Both the position numbers and the translations under genes were made by a program. Positions 54,619 to 64,000 of a stretch of 64,000 bases of DNA are shown here, piece by piece (within the stretch, counting starts at the first letter, position 1; each line of letters opens with the position of its first letter). The stretch comes from Lama glama (Eukaryota). The notes beneath the pieces were generated by a model. It saw only the letters and a program-made list of their open reading frames with translations, was not told the origin of the DNA and ran no database searches. The stretch is taken from contig CM052816.1 in NCBI GenBank assembly GCA_028534125.1, forward strand, positions 81,346,001-81,410,000, in the 5' to 3' direction.

Positions 54619-57600
54619 ACTTTTTTTAATTGTTATTGTCATTTTACAATGTTGTGTCAAATTCCAGTGTAGAGAAAATTTTTTCAGTTATACGTGAACA
54701 TACATACATTCATTGTCACATTCTCTTTTGCTCTGAGCCACCATAAGATCCTGTGTATATTTCCCTGTGCTACACAGTACAATCTTGTTTATCTATTCTA
54801 CATTTTGAAATTCCATTTCCACCCACCACCCCCCCCGGTCCCCCTGGCAACCACAAGTTTGTATTCTATGTCTATGAGTCTGTTTCTGTTTTGTATTTAT
54901 GGTTTTTTGTTTTTTGTGTTTTAGATTCTGCATATGAGCGATCTCATATGGTATTTTTCTTTTCTTTCTGGCTGACTTCACTTAGAATGACATTCTCCAG
55001 TAACATCCATGTTGCTGCAAATGGCGTTACGTTGTCGGTTTTTATGGCTGAATACTATTCCATTGTATAAATATACCACTTCTTCTTTATCCAGTCATCT
55101 GTTGATGGACATTTAGGCTGTTTCCATGTCTTGGCTATTGTAAATAGTGCTGCTATGAACATCAGGGTGCAGGTGTCATCCTGAAGTAGGGTTCTTCTGG
55201 ATATATGCCCAGGAGCAGGATTCCTGGGTCATATGGTAAGTATTCCTAGTCTTTTGAGGAATCTCCATACTGTTTTCCACAGTGGCTGCACCAGACTGCA
55301 TTCCCACCAGCAGTGTAGGAGGATTTCCTTTTCTCCACAGCCTCTCCAGCATTTGTCGTTTGTGGACTTTTGAATGATGGCCATTCTGACTGGTGTGAGG
55401 TGATACCTCATTGTAGTTTTAACTTGCATTTCTCTGATAATTAGTGATACTGAGCATTTTGTCTTGTGCCTATTGATCATTTGTATTTCTTCCTTGCATA
55501 ATTGCTTGTTTAGGTCTTCTGCCCATTTTTGTATTGGGTTTATTTTTTTCTTATTATGTCGTATGAGCTGCTTATATATTCTGGAGATCAAGGCTTTGTC
55601 AGTTTCATTTGCAAAACTTTTCTCCCATTCTGTAGATTGTCTTTTTGTTTTACTTCTGGTTTCCTTTGCTGTGCAGAAGCTTGTAAGTTTAATTAGGTCC
55701 CATTTGTTTATTCCTGCTTTTATTTCTATTTCTTGGGTAGACTGCCCTAGGAGAACATTTTTGAGATGTATGTCAGGTAATGTTTTACCTATATTTTCTT
55801 CTAGGAGGTTTATTGTATCTTGTCTCATGTTTAAGTTTTTGATCCATTTTGAGTTGATTTTTGTGTATGATGTAAGGGAGTGTTCTAGCTTCATTGATTT
55901 ACATGCTACTGTCCAGTTTCCCCAACACCATTTGCTGAAGAGACTGTCTTTATTCCACTGTATATTCTTGCCTCCTTTGTCGAAGATTAGTTGACCAAAA
56001 GTTTGTGGGTTCATTTCTGGGCTCTCTGTTCTGTTCCATTGGTCCATATGTCTGTTTTTGTACCAATACCATGCTGTCTTGATGACTGTAGTATTGTCTG
56101 AAGTCTGGGAGAGTTATTCCTCCAGCCTCTTTCTTTCTCTTCAGTAATGCTTTGGCAATTCTAGGTCTTTTGTGGTTCCATATAAATTTTATTATGATTT
56201 TGTTCTAGTTCTATGAAATATGTCCTGGGTTATTTGATAAGGATTGCATTAAATCTATAGATTGCCTTGGGCAGTATGACCATTTTAACAATATTGGTTC
56301 TTCCAATCCAGGAGCATGGGATATCTTTCCATTTTTTTAAGTCTTCTTTAATTTCCTTAATCAGTGTTTTATAGTTTTCCGTGTATAAGTCTTCCACCTC
56401 CTTAGTTAGATTTATTCCTAGGTATTTTATTACTTTGGGTGCTATTTTAAAGGGAATTGTTTCTTTACCTTCTTTTTCTGTTGATTCATTGTTAGTGTAA
56501 AGAAATGCAACTGATTTTTGAACGTTAGTCTTGTAACCTGCTACCTTGCTGAATTCTTCAATTATTTCTAGTAGTTTTTGTCTGGACCTTTTAGGGTTTT
56601 CTAGTATCATGCCATCTGCATATAGTGACACTTTTACCTCTTCTTTTCCGGTTTGGATCCCTTTTATTTCTGTCTCTTGCCTGACTGCTGTGGCTAGGAC
56701 TTCCAAGACTATGTTGAATAGGAGTGGTGATAGTGGGCAGCCTTGTCTTGTCCCAGATTTTAGTGGGAAGCTTTTGAGTTTTTCACCGTTGAGTACTATG
56801 CTGGCTGTAGGTTTGTCATATATAGCTTTTATTATGTTGAGATATGTTCCTTCTGTACCCACTTTGATGAGAGTTTTTATCATAAATGGGTGTTGAATTT
56901 TATCAGAAGCTTTTTCTGCATCTATTGAGATGATCATGTGGTTTTTGTCCTTTCTCTTGTTGATGTGATGTACACTTTGATTTGCATATATTGAATCATC
57001 CTTGTGTCCCTGGGATGAACCCCACTTGATCATGATGTATAATCTTTTTTATGTGCTGTTGGATTCTATTTGCTGGTATTTTGGTAAGGATTTTTGCATC
57101 TCTGTTCATCAGTGATAATGGTCTGTACTTCTCTTTTTTGGTGGTGTCTTTGCCTGGTTTTGGTATCAGGGTGATGGTAGTTTCATAGAATGAGTTTGGG
57201 AGTACTCCCTCTTTTTCAGTCCTCTGGAAGAGTTTGAGGACTGGTATGAGTTCTTTGTATGTTTGGTAGAATTCCCCAGTGAAGCCGTCCGGTCCTGGAC
57301 TTTTATTTGTAGGGAGGTTTTTAATTGCTATTTCTATTTCATTTCTAGTGATCGGTTTGTTCAAGTGGTCAGTTTCTTCTTGATTCAGTCTTGGTGGACT
57401 GTATGTTTCTAGAAACTTGTCCATCTCCTCTAGGTTATCCATTTTGGTTCCATATAGTTTTTCATAATACTCTCATATGATATTCTGTATTTCTATGTTA
57501 TTTGTTGTGATTTCTCCATTTTCCTTTCTTATTTTGCTTATTTGTGCTGTCTCTTTTTTCTTCTTCATGAGTTTGGCCAGAGGTTTGTCGATTTTATTTA

Positions 57601-59383
57601 CTCTTTCAGAATTCCAGCTTTTGGCTTGATTGATTTTTTTCTATTGTTTTTTAAACCNNNNNNNNNNNNNNNNNNNNNNNNNNNNNNNNNNNNNNNNNNN
57701 NNNNNNNNNNNNNNNNNNNNNNNNNNNNNNNNNNNNNNNNNNNNNNNNNNNNNNNNNTTTTCTATTGTTTTTTAAACCTCTATTTTATTTCCTCCCTGAT
57801 GTTTATTATTTCCTTCCTTCTGCTGACTTTTGAGTGTTTTTGCTCTTTTTCTAGTTCTTTTAGCTGGTGGGTTAGATTGTTTATTTGAGATTGTTCTTCT
57901 TTTTTTGAGAAAGGCCTGTATCGCTATAAACCTCCCTCTTAGCACTGCCTTTGGTGCATCCCATAAGTTTTGTGTGGTTGTGTTTTCATTTTCATTTGTC
58001 TCAAGATATTTTTTAATTTCAACTTTGATTTCATCATTGACCCATTGGTTTTTTTTAATAGCATGTTTAATCTCCATGCTTTCCTTTTTTTCTCCTTTTG
58101 TTTCTCTGTAGTTGATTTCTAGTTTCATGGCATTGTGGTCAGTAAATATGCTTGAGGTACTTCTTATCTTCTTAAAATTGTTGAGGCTTTTTTTGTGCCC
58201 GAGTACATGATCAATCCTAGAAAATGTTCCATGTGCACTTGAAAAGAATGTATATCCTATTTTGGGGGGGTGTAATGCTCTGAAAATATCCACCAAATCT
58301 AATTTTTCTATTGTATCATTTAATTTCTCTGTTGTCTTATTTTCTGTCTGGAAGATCTATCTAGTGATGTTAATGTGATGTTAAAATCTCCAACAATGAT
58401 TGTATTCCCATCAATTTCCCCTTTATCTCTGTTAGTAGTTGTTTTATGTACTTAGGTGCTCCTATATTGGGTGCATATATATTGATTGTAATATCCTCAT
58501 CATGTATTATTCCTTTAATCATTATAAAATGTCCTTCTTTATCTTTCTTTATGGCCCTTGTTTTAAAATCTGTTTTGTCTGAAATCAGTACTGCTACACC
58601 TGCTTTTTTGGCTTTTCCATTTGCATGGAATATCTCTTTCCATCCTTTCACTCTCAATCTATATGTGTCCTTCTCCCTAAAGTGGGTCTCTTGTGTGCAG
58701 CATATTGAAGGTTCTTGCTTTATTATCCAGTCTGCCACTCTGTGTCTTTTGACTGGAGCATTTAGTCCTTTAACATTTACAGTAATTAATGATAGATGAG
58801 TGTTTATTGCCATTTTGAACTTACTATTTCAGTTGATTTGGTATTTCCTCTTTGTTCCTTTCTTTTTCTTTTTGTGGTTTGGTAATTTTCCTTTGTATTA
58901 TCTTGAATTTTATTTAATTTTTGTGACTCACTTGTAAGTTTTTGGCTTGTGATTCCCTATTTTGTAAGTCTATTAACCTGTTACTATAACTGTTTGTACT
59001 AAACAGATAGTAATATAATCTCAAACCATCCTACTGAGAACAAAAAATTTAAAAAAGAAAGAAAAAAAATACTCTATTTTCTTGCTTCCCTCTCATGCTC
59101 TTAATGATTCAGATGTCTTCTTTTACAATTTTTTGTTTATTCTACTTGGAATTCATGGTAGTTATCACCTTCCAGTTATGAGTTTCTCATTTTTGTAGCA
59201 TCCTGCTTCTTTTCTATTTATAGTAGACCTGTCAATATTTCTTTTAGCATGGGTTTAGTGTTGCTAAACTCTTTTAGTTTTTGCTTGTCTGTGAAGTTAT
59301 TTATCTCTCCTTCTATTCTAAAGGATAGCCTTGCTGGATAGAGTGTCCTAGGCTGCATCTTTTTTTCATTCAGGACTTTGAAT
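54619..59383 (-). mobile_element. 5'-truncated LINE-1 (end of ORF1 region, frameshifted ORF2 EN/RT/C-terminus, 3'UTR)
   Basis: ORFs 58813-58370 and 58296-57772 (endonuclease), 57442-56996, 57033-56230 ([19 protein letters not shown] in place of YADD), 56047-55229 (HCWWEC); TSD TCCCATTTCCTTT(T)CTTTA at 54600-54618 and 59384-59401. Confidence 0.97.
57658..57757. other. Assembly gap (100 N), probably a false gap
   Basis: TTTTCTATTGTTTTTTAAACC is repeated on both sides. Confidence 0.95.
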
Positions 59384-59649
59384 TCCCATTTCCTTTCTTT
59401 ACATATGTTTTGTCTACTTCATCTGTCCATGAACTGACAAAGATGAATTAAATAAAATCTATTTCTGTTGTGTTTTCTACAGTTAGTGCTTTACTGTTTT
59501 GTTGCAGTAATGTTTTGGACATAAATACTTAGTATAGTTATGTTATTGTGAATTTAAACCCTGTGTCATTGTAAAGGGCATTTAATTAACATTTCTGCCA
59601 TTAGTTAACATCTTGCCCATTTCTTAGTATCAAAACTCTAGCTTTTTTT

Positions 59650-59925
59650 AAAAAAATTAAAACTAACATACAATATTTCTTTCAGGTATACATAGAATGT
59701 TTCTTTCTTGTACACCTGAAAAGATTTTACAATTCAGTATTTTTATACATTATGAAATGGTTATTGCAATAAGACCAGTTGCCATCTTTTACCATATGAA
59801 GTTATTACAATATTATTTACTATGTTCCCCTGTGTGCACTTAGATCCCTATGAGTTATTTGTCTTTTAGCTAGAAGTTTATACCTCTAAATCCCTTTCAC
59901 TTATTTCATCTGGACCCCCACCCTC
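59650..59925 (-). mobile_element. L1MA-like 3' end fragment
   Basis: gttattacaatattatttactatgttcccc...gctagaagtttatacctctaaatccc. Confidence 0.65.
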
Positions 59926-62441
59926 CTAAAATATGGCTTTTTTTGTTAGCATTTGTCTGATACAATTCTGTTTGTTTCCTTTATTTTCTTCTGTCCTTTA
60001 CCGTAATTCTTATCCTTTTCTTGTTCTTTGTTGTGTGTGTGTGTGTTTCTTCTGGTTATTTAGATAATTGGTGTTGCCCTTATAGTTTGATGTAGTATTT
60101 GCATTCATCTATTTCTTTAATAATTTGAGATAACATCTATTAACCTGTCATCTATAAAAGCTGAGAAAATTACCACTTCCTTCCTCCGCCCCAATCCTGT
60201 TTTGAGATTTTTGTTATATTTTCTTTTGTTTCATTCATTTCTTTAAGTAATGTATTTAAACCTGTTTCTTAATTTATCTGTCTTACTCAGTATATGCTGA
60301 TTCTACTGAAGACAAGGAAATTTACACCTAATGCTTTTTTTTAAACTTTAAAAGTGTAAAAATAACTATACTTACCTTCTCTAGTCATATCCCTTTGGTT
60401 GTTTAATATTTTGTATTTAAAATGGTTCATTGCCAACTAGCAGGTCTTTTTCTGGAGATGCTTCTTTTCATTTTTTGATTGCGTTTTATCATCAAATAGT
60501 TTTTAATCAAAATGTGTTGTAAGTTTTTTAAAATTTCTTTCATGTTTGAAAATCTTTGCCAATTACCATTATTTATTTGAGAAAATACGTTGTAAGTTCC
60601 TCCATTTATTGGTGGTGTTCCATTATTTTCTAGCATTGAGTATTACTAAATCTAAGTCCAGCCTAATATTTTGCCTTTACTTTTTCTACAGGCTGCTAAA
60701 AGAATTCTTTCTTTAATCTTGAATTTCAGTAACTTAGCCAAATTATGTCTTGGAATCTGTTATTTAATAACAGCATTTCATTGAAATTTATGTCCTTTTG
60801 TCCTACAGATTCAATTTTTCTTTCAGTTGGGGGGGAAGCAGTCTCCTGTTATATCTGGTTAATATGATTCTCTATTTTCAGGGACACCAATTCTTCTATT
60901 GGATTGCCTTTGTCCTACACGTCTGTTATGTTTGTGATTATTTTCATCTTTGTTCTAATTTCTCATGTGTCTCTTTGACAGTAGCTTAGTCTTCAGCTAT
61001 ATCCTAGTCTTCTCTGCTATTTATGGCTCATTTATTTGTTCTATAATAATGTTATTTTACATTTCAGTTTTCTTTATTAGTTTTGTGGTCTTCCTTTTCA
61101 TCTCAACTTTGAGCTCTTAATTTTATTGGCTTTTTGTATTTATCAAGTGCTCTTATAACTCAGAACATTAGGGGATATTCATTCCCTTAAATTAAGACTC
61201 TTTCAGAGTAAATTTTTTTAATAGACATTATTTTTTAAAGCAGTTGTTGGTTTGCAGCAAAATTGAGCAGGAAGTACAGAGTTCTCATATACTTTGCCCC
61301 TACACATGCATAGCCTCCCCCCCAACATTCTGCACTAGAGCTACACATTTGTTATACACAATAACAAATTGTCAAAGTCCACAGAGAATAGAGTTTTCAT
61401 TTCTATTTTTCATGCTGTGTTCTACCCAAATGTGAAGGTGTCATGTCTGGTTTTAATTTTTTTCATCTCGTTAGTGCTTAGCATTGTAGTTTCATTGCAG
61501 AATCATCCTTCTATGCTGAGACATCCAAATAAGATTTGTCCTTGAATTTGTCCACACCTTTTTAAATATCTTTTCTTTTTCTTCCTCCATCAGCTCTGCT
61601 TTGAGGATTATTTATGAAAAAGAGTAGGGTTTGGCTGTGTGCAGCCTTATTACAGACATGGGCTTTCTCTCTCCTAGTCCTGATTGAGTGTGCCGTCACA
61701 GTCTGTGAAGGAGGATTCCATTGGCATACCTTCAGGCTTCAGGTTGCAAATGCAGATTGGGCTCACAGAGCCTTTGCTTATGCAGAAACTGCTGTTTCCT
61801 GAGCCTATTCACTATCTCCTTTCAAGAACAGCTTCTGTTTCCCTGACCTAACAGAGGGTATTGGGTATGTAAAGCCACTTTGGGACACCTGTGTTTAGAG
61901 TTCACAGCCATCTATGATATTAATTTTTCCCTACCTATTACTCTTTTGGATGACCTTACCTTACTTATTTTTTCTTTTATCTACATGTTAATCAAATGCC
62001 TATTTTATTATTAGAGATAATTAGATATGGATAATTACTATTCTTCTGCTCTTCCTTCCTTGTCTTCCACAAAGAGTTTTCAAGATGGTAAGTTCTATTA
62101 ATTTTTCCTTTCTCTGGTTGGATGGAAAGTGGTCAGAAGAGGATCTTACGGTTAGAAAATTTTTTCGCTAAACTAATCCCTTCCTCATTCATTTATTAGA
62201 GAGCCAAATTAGGAGCAACAGAAATGTTCTCTCTTTCATTGGCCTTTTATACTGTTTAGTTGAAGCTGTTATTTTTTTTTTTTGCTTGGGTGGCATTAAT
62301 GTGCATCATTACATATTTCTTAATCATAATCAGGTTTTGGGGTTAAGAGATCTTGAGATTTGGCTTTGTGCTATCACCTTAAGCAGAGAATAACTTTTCT
62401 TCTTGATTTTCGTAAAAGAAATTTGAAATTCTTATGAACTT

Positions 62442-62580
62442 AATTTTTTTAATTTATTTATTTTTTGTGGGAGGAGGTAATTAGATCTATTTATTTACTT
62501 TAATGGAGGAATTAGAGATTGAACCCAGGACCTTGTACATGCTAAGCAAGCACTCTGCCACTGAGCTATACCTCCCCCCC
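62442..62580 (-). mobile_element. tRNA-derived SINE (Vic-1 type)
   Basis: Same family; TSD TTCT(T/A)ATGAACTT. Confidence 0.88.
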
Positions 62581-62934
62581 TTCTAATGAACTTTATTAAT
62601 CTTCCAATTTATTTAGTATTCAGATTACTTAACTTGAACAAGTCTTCAGTAACACCAGCATGTAGGCTTTTCCTTTACCACTGCAGTAAGTGCTGCTAAT
62701 GATACTCTGCATTCAAATTAGTTCTGCTTTTGTCCTAAATCTGTGGTGATGAAGTAAAGAAAATAGAGGTTAAAATCTCTTGTAAGATTGGTTTGACATC
62801 AGAATTGCTGATGTAGAGTCTACACTTCCTTTAGAATGGTATACCTTCTATAAATTACAAAAAGGCATATAGTTAATTTTTTAATGTTTATTATATAGTT
62901 TATTTCTAAACAGTGTATATTAGGCTGAGGAATA

Positions 62935-63298
62935 TTTTATGAAAGAGAATGATCTATTATTATAGCCAGGATGAACCTCTAAAACATTATGCTAATTTAA
63001 GGAAGCCAGACACAAAATGTCATGCATTATATGATTACATTTGTATGAAATATCCAGAATAGACAAATCCATACAAACAGAGTGTACATTGGTGGTTGCT
63101 AGAGACTTAGGGGAAGGAGGGACTGAGGAAATGAGGAGAAACGTTTAATGGGCCAGGGGGTTTATTTTGGAGTAATAGAAATGTTTTGAACTAGATCTAG
63201 GTGGTGGTATACAACATAGTAAATATACTAAATGCACTGGATTGTTTAGCTTTAAAATAGTTATTTTATGTGCATTTTATCTCACTTAAAAAAAAATC
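62935..63298 (+). mobile_element. L1MB-like 3' end
   Basis: ggatgaacctctaaaacattatgctaa...gaagccagacacaaaa...ggtggttgctag, ending in an A tail. Confidence 0.75.
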
Positions 63299-64000
63299 AA
63301 ATGTGAGGAGAAAAATCCCCAAAAAAGAGGCTGACAAAACTGCCATAAATGTATATAAGTGTATTCTGCGCAAATATCAGTTAAAATATATGATTCAGCA
63401 TTTCTTTCCACATACTTTATGGATTTTTCAGGAGTATAAGTAAATTAGATTTTAGTGATGGTGGCTTGTAGTAAGAGAGCTCCTGTCAGTTTTAGAGGTT
63501 TTAAATGATAGGACACAGACATCACAGGGCAAAGAACTAACATTCTTTTAGCTTGCAAAAGAATTAGCAGATTATATTTGAACTGTATCATTTCACTCAT
63601 TTAGCTCAAAGATGATAACTTAGCACTTAGCTGTTCCATAACAAAAACCATGTACTGAAGTACATAAATACCCTCAAATCACCAGAAGCTGTGAGTAAAC
63701 TTTTTTTAAAGAAGACATGACAGTTTTTATTAAGAATTGATGAGTATGAAGCATTCAAATATAATTACAAAAATGTAACATCCTACTCATGGGCTTAGGA
63801 ATGAGAAGTCTATCATGCACATAAAGATTAAAATTGGTTAGTATATGTAAAGGCTTAGAACAGTGCTTAGTATATATAATAAACAGTCAGTAAGTTAGCT
63901 GTAATTGTAAAGAGGATAACTGCAACTATTACAGTTAGTTAGCCAGACTTCCCGGTGTTAGGTATTTAGATTGTTTCCAGCCCATTAACAGACAAACAGC

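Noticed and set aside
55464..58799. Plus-strand ORFs over the L1
   Set aside because: Antisense shadows of L1 ORF2

Overview
Mammalian genomic DNA, very probably camelid judging by Vic-1-type tRNA-derived SINEs. It holds the promoter CpG island and the first 17 coding exons of ZFR (zinc finger RNA-binding protein: three C2H2 dsRNA-binding zinc fingers plus a DZF domain) on the + strand; the last exons lie beyond the window. The exons join in frame from ATG 648 to 50341, using one GC-AG intron. Introns contain a 4.8 kb 5'-truncated L1, short L1 3' ends, SINEs, MER20, MER119-like and piggyBac/Looper-like fossils, a retroposed ERV 3' end and two N gaps. The main finding is in intron 15: a candidate stop-containing (poison) exon at about 46925-47014 and its flank form a nested series of helices with exon 16 and its upstream intron, 2.2 kb away. 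This predicts a long-range dsRNA that masks the poison 5' splice site and loops out the exon 16 acceptor, a plausible autoregulatory sensor for a dsRNA-binding splicing regulator. All helices were found by eye and have not been folded or tested.
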